64,000 bases of DNA from Candidatus Limnocylindrales bacterium (GCA_038319665.1 JBBQDL010000005.1:6223-70222), one strand, 5' to 3'. Shown: positions 35,016-44,137, counted from the first letter of the stretch. The notes: a model not told the origin generated them from the letters alone. Numbers and translations are program-made.

Positions 35016-36193
35016 GCGTCGGCGAACTACTCCGCCTCTCGCTCTCGCGCTTGCGCACGAGCCGACTTCGGGCCGCGTTGACGATGCTCGGTGTCATCAT
35101 CGGTGTCGCCTCCGTCGTGGCACTGGTCGGGGTGGGCCAGGGGACGACCTCCAACATCACGACCCGGCTCGCCGGCCTGGGCACGAACCTGCTCACGATC
35201 AGCCCGACCGGTGGGTCGACCTCGACGCTGACCCTCGAAGACAGCAACGCCATCGCCAAGCTCGTATCCATCGGCGGCGTCGCGCCCGAGATCTCGACCA
35301 ACCTGACGGTCTCGGCCGGCCGGACGAGCACGACGACCTCCGTCGTGGGTACGACCACGGCCTACCCGACCGTGAGGGCTTACGACGTCTGGCAGGGCTC
35401 CTTCCTGACCGACACCAGCCTCGAGCAAGACCTCCGCGTCGCGGTGCTCGGCGCGACGACGGCTACCAACCTCGGCCTGACCGCGAGTGACCTCGGGACG
35501 GAGATCTCGGTCGGTGGCCTGCCGTTCCGGGTCATCGGCATCCTGCAGGCCAAGGGCGGGACGGGCTTCCAGAATCCCGACGACCAGATCCTCGTGCCGA
35601 TCGGCGCGGTCCAGAAATACTTCGTTGGCGGCGATACCGTGCGGACGATCGGCGTCTCGGTCACGGATCCTGCCCAGATGATCCCGGCAAGTGCCGCGAT
35701 CACGACGCTCCTCCGCGACCAGCACAACCTGGCCCCCACCGCCACGGCCGACTTCAACGTCTTCAACCAGACCCAGCTGCTCGCGGCCGCGTCATCGATC
35801 ACCGCGACGCTCACGCTCCTCCTCGGAGGGATCGCCTCGATCTCGCTGGTGGTGGGCGGCATCGGGATCATGAACATCATGCTGGTCTCGGTCCGCGAGC
35901 GGACCCGCGAGATCGGCATCCGGAAGGCGGTCGGGGCCCGCGGCCGCGACATCCTCGCCCAGTTCCTGGTCGAGGCCCTCACCCTCTCGCTCCTCGGCGG
36001 CCTGATCGGCATCGTCGTCGGTCTCATCGTCTCGGCGGGGATCGGCCAGCTGGCCGGCTGGGGCTTCGCCTTTAACCCAGTGACCATCGCCGCGGCTGTC
36101 CTGTTCAGCCTCGCGGTCGGTGTCGTCTTCGGCGTCTGGCCCGCCCGCCAGGCCGCCCGTCTCGATCCCATCAGCGCCCTGCGCTACGAATGA
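35012..36193 (+). CDS. ABC transporter permease (MacB/FtsX-like, 4 TM with a periplasmic domain)
   Basis: The N-terminal MacB_PCD-like region is followed by the C-terminal FtsX motif GGIGIMNIMLVSVRERTREIGIRKAVGA. There is a 4-nt overlap with the ATPase gene. Confidence 0.9.
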   Translation: MSVGELLRLSLSRLRTSRLRAALTMLGVIIGVASVVALVGVGQGTTSNITTRLAGLGTNLLTISPTGGSTSTLTLEDSNAIAKLVSIGGVAPEISTNLTVSAGRTSTTTSVVGTTTAYPTVRAYDVWQGSFLTDTSLEQDLRVAVLGATTATNLGLTASDLGTEISVGGLPFRVIGILQAKGGTGFQNPDDQILVPIGAVQKYFVGGDTVRTIGVSVTDPAQMIPASAAITTLLRDQHNLAPTATADFNVFNQTQLLAAASSITATLTLLLGGIASISLVVGGIGIMNIMLVSVRERTREIGIRKAVGARGRDILAQFLVEALTLSLLGGLIGIVVGLIVSAGIGQLAGWGFAFNPVTIAAAVLFSLAVGVVFGVWPARQAARLDPISALRYE

Positions 36194-36221
36194 CCCTCAT
36201 CGCGTTCAGAAGGAGATCCAC

Positions 36222-36875
36222 GTGAGTTTCGATCCGAACCAGCCGACTACGCCCGAACCGTTCAGTCCGGCGGCCCCCGAACCCTCCGGCGTGCCGGGCG
36301 TCCAGGGTGTGCCGACCAGCCCGGTCGTGCCATCGTCCGGCGGGCCTGCCCCGGGGCCCATCGTCGTCGCCAAGAAGAGCGGATCCGGCGGCCGCTTCCT
36401 CAACATCGTCCTCGCCGCAGCGGTCGCGGTCGCCATCGGCGGCGTCGCGTTCGCCGTTGGCCGGACCACGGCACCGGTCTCGGCCGCGACAGGAGCCGGC
36501 CGTGGTGGCAACGGCGGCGGCAACTTCCCCGGCGGCAGCTTCCCCGGCGGCAGCTTCGCGCCGCGCGCCAGCGGTCAGCCCGGGTTCGGCCGTGGCGGTG
36601 GGTTCGGTGGCGGGCTGACGGTCAGCGGGACCGTCGTATCGGTCGCGGGCGGCACGCTGACCATCAAGACCGCGGCGGGCCAGACCGTCGAGGTGACGAC
36701 TGGCACGTCGACGACCTACAACACCCAGACGCCCGGAAGCGCGTCGGACGTCCAGGCCGGGAAGACCGTCCAGGTCCAGCTCGACTTCACGGGCGGTGGC
36801 GGCGGTCGTGCGAACGCCAGCTCGGCACCGACCGGGCCGATCGGCACGGCCGGCAGCGTCACCGTGGTCCCGTGA
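36222..36875 (+). CDS. membrane-anchored Gly-rich protein with a C-terminal beta-rich (DUF5666-like, tentative) domain
   Basis: GTG 36222 follows an AGGAGA RBS. A Pro-rich N-terminus is followed by the TM helix FLNIVLAAAVAVAIGGVAFAV, the Gly-rich stretch GRGGNGGGNFPGGSFPGGSF, and then TVSGTVVSVAGGTLTIKTAAGQTVEVTTGTSTTYNTQ. Confidence 0.6.
   Translation: MSFDPNQPTTPEPFSPAAPEPSGVPGVQGVPTSPVVPSSGGPAPGPIVVAKKSGSGGRFLNIVLAAAVAVAIGGVAFAVGRTTAPVSAATGAGRGGNGGGNFPGGSFPGGSFAPRASGQPGFGRGGGFGGGLTVSGTVVSVAGGTLTIKTAAGQTVEVTTGTSTTYNTQTPGSASDVQAGKTVQVQLDFTGGGGGRANASSAPTGPIGTAGSVTVVP
36525..36554 (+). repeat. perfect 2 x 15-bp tandem repeat inside the CDS (encodes FPGGS-FPGGS)
   Basis: TTCCCCGGCGGCAGC occurs twice in tandem, read directly from the sequence. 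Confidence 0.8.
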
Positions 36876-36897
36876 CCGAGGCGCTAGGCTGACCGTC

Positions 36898-37572
36898 ATG
36901 CACCTGCTCGTCGTCGAGGACGATCCGCGCCTTGTCCGACTCCTGCGCCGGCTCCTCGAGGAGGACCGCCATGTCGTCGAGACCGCGACGACCGGGCTGG
37001 ACAGTCTCGACATCGTCGAGGCGACGACCGGCATCGAGCTCGTCATCCTCGACATCGGCCTCCCCGACATCTCCGGCCTCGAAGTCGCCCGGCGGATCCG
37101 GGCGACCGGCTCGGAGGTCGCCATCCTGATGCTCACGGCGCGCGACACCGTCGGCGACCGGGTGACCGGTCTCGACGCCGGCGCCGACGACTACCTCGTC
37201 AAGCCGTTCGCTTACGAGGAACTGGCGGCACGCCTGCGCGCGCTCGGGCGACGCGGGGCAAGCGCGCGCCGCCCGGAACCCAAGCTCGTGGTCGGGCCGA
37301 TCGTCCTCGACGAGACGTCGCGCCGCGTCACGCTCGAGGGCAAGTCGATCGATCTCAGTCCGCGTGAGTTCTCGCTCCTCGAATGCCTCCTCCGCCACCC
37401 CGGCCAGACGTTGTCGCGCGACCAGTTGCTCGACCAGGCCTGGCCATTCAGCGTGGCCGTCACCTCCAACGCCGTCGACGCGTACGTCCATTACCTGCGT
37501 GACAAGCTCGGATCGGCGGGCAAGCTGATCGAGACCGTTCGCGGCGTGGGCTATCGTCTGGCCGATGCCTGA
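36898..37572 (+). CDS. OmpR/PhoB-family response regulator
   Basis: The receiver domain is MHLLVVEDDPRL...LVILDIGLPDISG...ILMLTARD...GADDYLVKPF. The winged-helix output domain is LSPREFSLLECLLRHPGQTLSRDQLL...VDAYVHYLRDKL...IETVRGVGYRL. Confidence 0.9.
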   Translation: MHLLVVEDDPRLVRLLRRLLEEDRHVVETATTGLDSLDIVEATTGIELVILDIGLPDISGLEVARRIRATGSEVAILMLTARDTVGDRVTGLDAGADDYLVKPFAYEELAARLRALGRRGASARRPEPKLVVGPIVLDETSRRVTLEGKSIDLSPREFSLLECLLRHPGQTLSRDQLLDQAWPFSVAVTSNAVDAYVHYLRDKLGSAGKLIETVRGVGYRLADA

Positions 37573-38956
37573 CGGGATCCTGACCCCGACCGATACCACC
37601 GAGCCCGAGCTGGCCGCCGAGACCACCGACAGCCGGCTCGTCCGCCATGTCCGGCGCAACCTCGTGCTGTGGAGCGGCGGGACGACGCTCGTCATCCTGC
37701 TCGTCCTCGCGGTCGCGCTATATCTCGCGGTCGCGGGTTCGCTCGCCAACTCGGCGACGGCGCAGCTCGACGCCCGTTTCGACCAGGTCAAGTCGAGCCT
37801 CACCGGGCAACGGCCCGACCCCGACGCATCCGGCCCGTACGGCTTCATCTTCGGCGGCGGTGGGGGCGGGACGATCGCGCTCGCGGTCGATGCGACCGAT
37901 CGCGTCCTTGCCCAGCCCGGCTTCCGGGTCCCGGCCGGGCTCCCCGACATGGACGCGGTCGCGGCGGCGAGGACGACCGGCCGCGATATCCGAAGCATGG
38001 AGCTGACCAGCCACGCCATCGGCTCGAACGGGGCCACGACCACCGTCGATACGCCCGTCCGGATCCTGACCGAGCCGGTCGCGGCGGCCGGGTCGACCTA
38101 CACGGTCCAGATCATCGGCGACCGCATCGCCGAGGAACGCACGCTCGCGGTGATGCTCGCGGTCCTGCTGGTCGGCGGTGCGGTGGTCGTCCTCGTGGCG
38201 TTCGGGTTCGGGGCGCTGTATGCGCGACGGGCGCTCGTCCCGATCCGCGAATCGCTGGCCGCCCAGCGGGTCGCGCTACGCCGTCAGCGTGAGTTCGCGG
38301 CCGATGCCAGCCATGAGCTGCGGACGCCGTTGACCGTGATCCGGAGCAGCGTCGAACATCTCACTCGCCACCGCGACGAGCCGGTCGCGGGCGTCGGCTC
38401 GGCCCTCGAGGACATCGACGACGAGGTCCGGCACATGACCGCGATCGTCGAGGACCTGTTGCTCCTCGCCCGGTCCGACTCGGGGGCCGTGGCGCTCGAG
38501 CACGTGCCGGTCGACCTGGGCGACGTCGCCGCGGACGGGGCATCGGCGATGGGCAAGCCCGCCACCGACCGGGGCGTCCGGGTCGTGGTCGACCCACAGC
38601 CCGCCGTCGTGGCCGGCGACCCGGCCCGGCTCCGCCAGCTGGTCATGATCCTCGTCGACAACGCCATTCGCCACAGTCCGGCCGACGGCCGGGTCGGCGT
38701 CGCGGTCCGCGCGGAGGGGACGGGCGCATCTCTTGTCGTGGAGGACGACGGCCCGGGCATCCGGCCTGAGGACATGCCGCACGTCTTCGAACGGTTCTAC
38801 CGAGCGCCCGGTGCTCCCGGTGGCGGGACCGGCCTCGGCCTCGCTATCGCCAAGTGGATCGTGGACCGCCACGGCGGCCGCATCGAGGTCGCGAACCGGT
38901 CGGAGGGTGGGGCGAGGTTCGTTGTCAGTCTCCCCGCGACAGGTGGCGTCGGCTGA
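37565..38956 (+). CDS. sensor histidine kinase (two TM helices, periplasmic loop, HisKA + HATPase_c)
   Basis: The H-box is FAADASHELRTPLTVI, the N-box is LVDNAIRHSP, the G1 box is VEDDGPGI and the G2 box is GGGTGLGLAIAK. There is an 8-nt overlap with the response-regulator gene. Confidence 0.9.
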   Translation: MPDGILTPTDTTEPELAAETTDSRLVRHVRRNLVLWSGGTTLVILLVLAVALYLAVAGSLANSATAQLDARFDQVKSSLTGQRPDPDASGPYGFIFGGGGGGTIALAVDATDRVLAQPGFRVPAGLPDMDAVAAARTTGRDIRSMELTSHAIGSNGATTTVDTPVRILTEPVAAAGSTYTVQIIGDRIAEERTLAVMLAVLLVGGAVVVLVAFGFGALYARRALVPIRESLAAQRVALRRQREFAADASHELRTPLTVIRSSVEHLTRHRDEPVAGVGSALEDIDDEVRHMTAIVEDLLLLARSDSGAVALEHVPVDLGDVAADGASAMGKPATDRGVRVVVDPQPAVVAGDPARLRQLVMILVDNAIRHSPADGRVGVAVRAEGTGASLVVEDDGPGIRPEDMPHVFERFYRAPGAPGGGTGLGLAIAKWIVDRHGGRIEVANRSEGGARFVVSLPATGGVG

Positions 38957-39251
38957 GTGGTCCACAGACCTGCCGATCGAAGGGTTTTGACTCAAAAAGG
39001 AACTAGGTCGCGTAGGTTTCCGTCGGCCCGACATGCGTCCTGTTCCGCATCGAGGTCTGGCGCTCCTGACGATCGCCGCAGCCATCGTCGGCGCCTGCGA
39101 TCCTGAATACGTTCACGGTCGGGCGTGACTCCAGGGTCACCGTGGTACCCGGCGGCAATCCATCGGGCGGCGCCAACGCCGTCACCACTGACGAATGCCT
39201 GTCGACCGTTCAAGGATTGAAGCCCTGACGTATCGAACCGTCGAAATTTGG

Positions 39252-40043
39252 TCAGGCCCCGCGGACCAGGTAATGCTCCATCGAGTCGGTCCAGACCGTG
39301 CGGTCGTCGTCCGTGATGGCGTACGCGGCATAGTCCGCGCGTTCGGGGTCGCTGGCCAGCCAGAGAAGGCCGTCGAGGCCCATGACGTAGATCGCCGTGG
39401 CGTAGGCATCGGTGAAGGCCAGCCTCGGGCCGACGACAGTCACGCTGCGCAGGCCCGCGGGGGCGGCGACGCCCGTGCGCGGGTCGTTGATATGCTCACC
39501 GCGTTCGTATGACCCTGAGGTTGCGACCGCCCGGTCCGAGACGGCCAGGACGGCTGCCACCCGGTCTCTCTTGCCTGGATGCTGGATCCCGACCCGCCAG
39601 GCCCGACCGGGCTCGGCCTCGCCACGGGCGACGATATCGCCGCCCGCGTTGATCCAGTAGTTGCGGCCGCCCGCGCTGTCGATCCGCCAGGCGGCTTCCT
39701 CGATCGCCCAGCCCTTGACGAAGCCCGACGGGTCGAGCCGCCCATCGGCGCGCTGATGGCGGGCGTCGAAGGCACCGCCGCTCACGCTCGCGAGGTGGTC
39801 GCAGGCCGCGAGGACATGCCGGACATCCAGGCTGGCTTCCGCCTCACGGAGCTCGCCCCGCGCCAGGCGGCTGACCTCGCTGTCGGGCCGGTAGGTGCTG
39901 AACCGGGCGTCGATGTCGTCGAGCTGGGCGAAGACCTCGTCGATGACCGCATCGCCGACGAACGGCGAACGGACATCGAGGCTGACGGTCGTCCCCATCA
40001 CGTGGTGGACGCGTCGCTGGCGGACCAGGTCCGCGACGCTCAT
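39252..40043 (-). CDS. apbE: FAD:protein FMN transferase (ApbE family)
   Basis: HHVMGTTVSLDV...DPSGFVKGWAIEEA...INAGGDI...AVATSGSYERG..HINDPRTG...VTVVGP.LAFTDAYATA are typical ApbE motifs. The gene lies 1 nt downstream of the FMN_bind gene. Confidence 0.85.
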   Translation of the reverse strand: MSVADLVRQRRVHHVMGTTVSLDVRSPFVGDAVIDEVFAQLDDIDARFSTYRPDSEVSRLARGELREAEASLDVRHVLAACDHLASVSGGAFDARHQRADGRLDPSGFVKGWAIEEAAWRIDSAGGRNYWINAGGDIVARGEAEPGRAWRVGIQHPGKRDRVAAVLAVSDRAVATSGSYERGEHINDPRTGVAAPAGLRSVTVVGPRLAFTDAYATAIYVMGLDGLLWLASDPERADYAAYAITDDDRTVWTDSMEHYLVRGA

Positions 40044-40044
40044 C

Positions 40045-40554
40045 TCAAAGCCCGGCCTGGTTCAGCGCCGCCTGGAGCGACTGCGAATACGCGTCGCTGG
40101 TGTAGGTCGCACCCGACACGAGGTCGATACTCGCGTTCTGTGCCTTGAGCGCCTCCTGGTGGAGGATCGGTTCGGCGTAGCTCGAGATCTGGCCGGATCG
40201 ACGGCCCGTCGGGAGCTGGAGCGCGACCACGTCGGTCAGCTTGCCGCTGGCGACGACGACCTCGACCTGGATATCGCCGTAGCGGGTCGAGACGACCGGG
40301 CCGTCGACTGTCTTGCCGGACGAGTTCCCCCCGCCGGCCGGAGTCGGTGTCGCCGCCGGTGCGGCGGTCGCACCGGGCGCCACGGTGGGGGTCGGTGTCG
40401 CCTTCTTGCCCGTGCCGGTCCCCGTGGTCGGCTCGACGACCGCGACACCGCCGCCCGACCGGACGGGGACCGTCTGGTCGGGGGTCTTGAAGTTCAGCAG
40501 GAGGATGAGCGCGCCGGTCGTGATCAGGAGGGCGGCGATTCCACGCTTCGGCAT
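40045..40554 (-). CDS. membrane-anchored FMN-binding (FMN_bind) domain protein, predicted flavinylation substrate
   Basis: An N-terminal TM helix (IAALLITTGALILLLNF) and a Thr/Pro linker are followed by the FMN_bind domain. The covalent-flavinylation motif D-L-V-S-G-A-T lies at 40105-40125. Confidence 0.8.
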   Translation of the reverse strand: MPKRGIAALLITTGALILLLNFKTPDQTVPVRSGGGVAVVEPTTGTGTGKKATPTPTVAPGATAAPAATPTPAGGGNSSGKTVDGPVVSTRYGDIQVEVVVASGKLTDVVALQLPTGRRSGQISSYAEPILHQEALKAQNASIDLVSGATYTSDAYSQSLQAALNQAGL

Positions 40555-40567
40555 CCGGTCGGCTCGC

Positions 40568-41638
40568 TCAGCTCACGGTGGCGCCGGTCGCCTGGGAGAT
40601 CAGCGAGGCGGCGTCCGAGATGGGGATCGCGAAACCGAGGCCCTCGGCGTTGGTCGAGACCGCCGTGTTGATCCCGATGACATGACCGCTGGCGTCGAGG
40701 AGCGGGCCGCCGCTGTTGCCCGGGTTGATCGCGGCATCGGTCTGGAGCAGGCCGGTCAGCGTCACGGGCTGACCGGTGATCTCGTCCTGGACCGTGATGG
40801 TCCGGCCGGTGGCCGACAGGATGCCCTTGGTCACCGTCTCCGTGAACGTGCCCAGCGGGCTGCCGATCGCAACGACGGTCTGGCCCACCTGGAGCGAGGC
40901 CGAATCGCCGATGACCGCCGGCGTCAGGCCGTGGGCATCGATCTTGATGAGCGCAAGGTCCTTGTCAGTCGACTGCTTGATGATCGTCGCCGGGAACTGT
41001 TCGCCATCGGCGAGCTCGACGGTCAGCGACTGGCTGCTGGCCACCACGTGCTTGTTGGTCAGGATGTAGCCATCCGCGGTGAGCACGATGCCGGAGCCGA
41101 CACCGGTCGAGGGGATCTGGGAGAAGCCGCGCGACGAGAAGCCCTGCGAGGTGATCGTGACCACCGAGTTGCGGACCGCCGCGACGACGTCCGGCAGGGC
41201 ATCTGCCGAGGCGGCCGGCGCAGCGCTCGAGCCGGCGGCGACCGTCACGGCGGGCGGGGCGCCGGTCGCGGGATTCGACGTCTTCGGTGCCAGCGGGCCG
41301 GTCACGAGGGCGGCCGTGCCACCAGCGGCGAGCACAGCGGACAGGATCGCGGCGCCGAAGATCGTGGCCATGCCGCGCGATCGCTGGCGCCGGGCCGTTC
41401 GAGCCGGCACAGTCGGCACGACAGTGACGACCGGGGTCGCCGCCGCGGCTGCGGTCGGCGCGATGACGGGCGTCGTCGGCACGATCGGTTCGGGCCGGGT
41501 CGGGTACCAGAGGCCGGGGCCCGCCGGCTCGACGACTTCGGGGACGTCGGTCGGCTCGGTGGCGTTGGCGGGGTCGGCGGGTTCCTTCGAGGCTGGGGTC
41601 AGCGGCTCCGGGGAGATGCCGCGGTCGTGGTCGAACAT
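40568..41638 (-). CDS. S1C (HtrA/DegP-like) trypsin-fold serine protease, membrane-anchored, no evident PDZ domain
   Basis: The catalytic triad contexts are TNKHVV (His), DLALIKID (Asp) and GNSGGPLLD (Ser). The protein ends about 35 aa after the Ser motif, so no PDZ is present. Confidence 0.85.
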   Translation of the reverse strand: MFDHDRGISPEPLTPASKEPADPANATEPTDVPEVVEPAGPGLWYPTRPEPIVPTTPVIAPTAAAAATPVVTVVPTVPARTARRQRSRGMATIFGAAILSAVLAAGGTAALVTGPLAPKTSNPATGAPPAVTVAAGSSAAPAASADALPDVVAAVRNSVVTITSQGFSSRGFSQIPSTGVGSGIVLTADGYILTNKHVVASSQSLTVELADGEQFPATIIKQSTDKDLALIKIDAHGLTPAVIGDSASLQVGQTVVAIGSPLGTFTETVTKGILSATGRTITVQDEITGQPVTLTGLLQTDAAINPGNSGGPLLDASGHVIGINTAVSTNAEGLGFAIPISDAASLISQATGATVS

Positions 41639-41734
41639 CGGGAGCTCCGTTCGTGGTTCGTCGCGAAGTGTTGCGAGACTCCCTCCATCAAAGGCCGAGA
41701 CGCTGAGAACGACGTGAGAAGCGGGCCGTGACCG

Positions 41735-42682
41735 TCAGCCCGTGCTGCCCGACGGCGCGGGGCTGGCATTGGTCTTCGGGCCGTGGCGGCCGCTCGGCAA
41801 GCCCGGGACGCCCGGCAAGCGCGGGAAACCCGGCCCGACTGAGCTGCCGCGACCGCCGAAGCCGAGGTGGACCGTCGCCGCATCCAGCGAGCCATCGGAG
41901 CGCTGCGTCCCTTCTGCCACGATGAACAAGCCGACCTTGACATCGGACAGCGCGCCCTTCGCGCCGTTGACCTGGTAGGTCGTGTCGCCAGTCACGTGGA
42001 TGGTCGTCTTCGTCCCGCCCGGCTGCGTGACGGTCACGGTGTTGCCATCCACGGCGCTGACCTGGCCGGCTACGGTCGGCAGGACCACGACGATCGCTGT
42101 CACGGTGTACGTGCCGTCGGTCGCGCGCTCCTCGCCGATCCGCACCTTGTCGCCCTTCGCAAGGTCGCCGACCGTGATCGTCGCTCCAGCCTTGGTGATC
42201 TTGGTGGTGGCGCCGACCGTGATCGTCCGCGTCCAGCCGTCATCGGTCTTGAGTGAAATGTCCGAACCGCTGACAGCGGTGATCGTGATGCCACCGAGCC
42301 CGAACCCACCGAAGTCGCCGCCGCGAAAGCCGAAGCCCGGGAACGCGCTGAACGGCCCGGGCGGGTCATGCGGTTCGAGGGTTTCGGGGTTCTTGGTCGC
42401 GTTCGGTGCGGCCGTCGAGGTCGGCGCTGTGGTCGGACCGGCGCCCGTCGCGGGCGCGGGCGAGGCACCCATGGCAGCCACCGCACCGATGATGACCAGG
42501 ACAGCGGAACCGGCCAGGATCCCGGCGCGGACCGCGATCGGGCGGCCGCTCGACGTTCGCACTGGGCCAGCGAACGCGATCGCGTTTGGCTCGATCGACG
42601 CGATCGGCACGAATGGTTCGGTCGGGTCGGAGGGAAGCTTGCTGTCGGTCATCTCGGTCTCCGGCTGATCGATGGCGGCCAC
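41735..42682 (-). CDS. membrane-anchored Gly-rich protein with tandem beta-rich (DUF5666-like, tentative) domains; paralog of 36222..36875
   Basis: The TM helix is GILAGSAVLVIIGAVAAMGA and the Gly-rich segment is FPGFGFRGGDFGGFGLGG. Two repeats follow: ITAVSGSDISLKTDDGWTRTITVGATTKITK and VAGQVSAVDGNTVTVTQPGGTKTTIHVTGDTTYQVNG. Confidence 0.6.
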   Translation of the reverse strand: MAAIDQPETEMTDSKLPSDPTEPFVPIASIEPNAIAFAGPVRTSSGRPIAVRAGILAGSAVLVIIGAVAAMGASPAPATGAGPTTAPTSTAAPNATKNPETLEPHDPPGPFSAFPGFGFRGGDFGGFGLGGITITAVSGSDISLKTDDGWTRTITVGATTKITKAGATITVGDLAKGDKVRIGEERATDGTYTVTAIVVVLPTVAGQVSAVDGNTVTVTQPGGTKTTIHVTGDTTYQVNGAKGALSDVKVGLFIVAEGTQRSDGSLDAATVHLGFGGRGSSVGPGFPRLPGVPGLPSGRHGPKTNASPAPSGSTG

Positions 42683-42763
42683 GGCGGAGCGGGGGTCGCC
42701 GCCGCGACCCGTGGCGCGACTGTGACTGTCGATTCTTCGAGCATTCTGAGAATCCCGGGAATC

Positions 42764-44137
42764 CTAGTACGCAAAGCGCTCCGCGTGGATCTGGCGACCG
42801 GGGAGACCCAGGCCGCGAAGCGAGGCCTCCACGTGCTCCATCATGGGGACGGGTCCGCACAGGTAGACGTCCCGGTCGAGCAGGTCCGGGACCAGACGCG
42901 CCAGCGAGTCGGCGCCGAGCGGGTCGCCGACGACCTCGCGCCGGCCGACCAGGAACTTGACGGTTGCCCCACGAGCCCGGGCCAGCGTCTCGAGCTCGTT
43001 GCGAAAGACGATGTCGCCCGCCTCGCCGACGCGATACAGCATGGTCAGGTCGCCCGGCTTGCCGGGCAGCGCCTCGAGCAGGGCGCGAAGCGGCGTGATG
43101 CCGATCCCGCCGGCGATGAGGAGGACCTTCGGTCGCGTCCGTCGGGCACCCGTGAGCTTGCCGTACGGACCTTCGATGAAGACCCGCGTCCCGATCGAGA
43201 CGCCCTGGAGCGCCTTCGACCAGTCGCCCAGCTCCTTGATCGTGATCCGCAACCACGCGCCGTTCGGTGCCGATGAGATCGAGAATGGGTGGGCGCGCCA
43301 CCAGCCCTCACGTGTCAGGAACCGCCAGACGAAGTACTGGCCGGACCGGACCGCGAGCTGGTCGAGCCCGCGCCCGGTCACATAGATCGAGATCACGCCG
43401 GGCGCCTCCGTGACGACGTTGGAGACGCGCAGGCGATGACGCAGCGACAGCCGGATCGGGTCGCCGACCCGAAAGACGAGGATGAGCCCGAATGCGATGA
43501 CGTACAGCGCGCACCAGTACGCGACCGCGAGCGGGTCGTGGATGAAGTCGTTGCCGACATAGATCTGGTGGAGGAACCCGAGCGCGATCGCGAGATAGGC
43601 GTAGAGGTGGATCCCGTACCACGTCTCGTAGGCGAGCTTGCGGCGAGCGGCCTTGACCGAGCTGACCGCGACGGCCACGAAGAGCCCGCCGCTGACGAGC
43701 GCCATCAGCACGTACGGATAGGTGGTGATGAGCGTCCAGAACTCGACCACGACGTTGCTCCCGTCGCCCAGGGCGTAGCCGACGGTGATGAACAGTCCGT
43801 GGGCAAGGAGCAGCCAGACGCAGGCGAAGCCGAGCCACCGGTGCGCGAACGCGAGCCCGTCCATCCCGAAGACCTGGTCGAGCCACGGGCTGCGGGACAT
43901 CAGGACCAGCTGGATGAGCGCGATGTAGGTCCCGTACAGACCGGTCAGTTGTCCGACCGCGGTCAGCTGGCCACCGAGCGTGCCAAGCTGCTCGAGACCG
44001 CCGTGATGGACCCACATGCCCAAGATCAGGGCTGCGTTGCCGATGAGGATGGCGACGATGTCCAGCGCGGTGATCGACCGGGTCCGTGGCAGGGGCACCG
44101 GCCGTCGCGTGGGCGTGCGGATCACGTCGGCGGGCAT
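42764..44137 (-). CDS. ferric-reductase-like transmembrane domain fused to an FAD/NAD(P)-binding ferredoxin-reductase module
   Basis: A six-TM N-terminal half has conserved His residues (HRWLG, WYGIHLYAY). The FNR-like half has HPFSISS (an RxYS-type FAD motif), LLIAGGIGITP (NAD binding) and VYLCGP. Confidence 0.8.
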   Translation of the reverse strand: MPADVIRTPTRRPVPLPRTRSITALDIVAILIGNAALILGMWVHHGGLEQLGTLGGQLTAVGQLTGLYGTYIALIQLVLMSRSPWLDQVFGMDGLAFAHRWLGFACVWLLLAHGLFITVGYALGDGSNVVVEFWTLITTYPYVLMALVSGGLFVAVAVSSVKAARRKLAYETWYGIHLYAYLAIALGFLHQIYVGNDFIHDPLAVAYWCALYVIAFGLILVFRVGDPIRLSLRHRLRVSNVVTEAPGVISIYVTGRGLDQLAVRSGQYFVWRFLTREGWWRAHPFSISSAPNGAWLRITIKELGDWSKALQGVSIGTRVFIEGPYGKLTGARRTRPKVLLIAGGIGITPLRALLEALPGKPGDLTMLYRVGEAGDIVFRNELETLARARGATVKFLVGRREVVGDPLGADSLARLVPDLLDRDVYLCGPVPMMEHVEASLRGLGLPGRQIHAERFAY

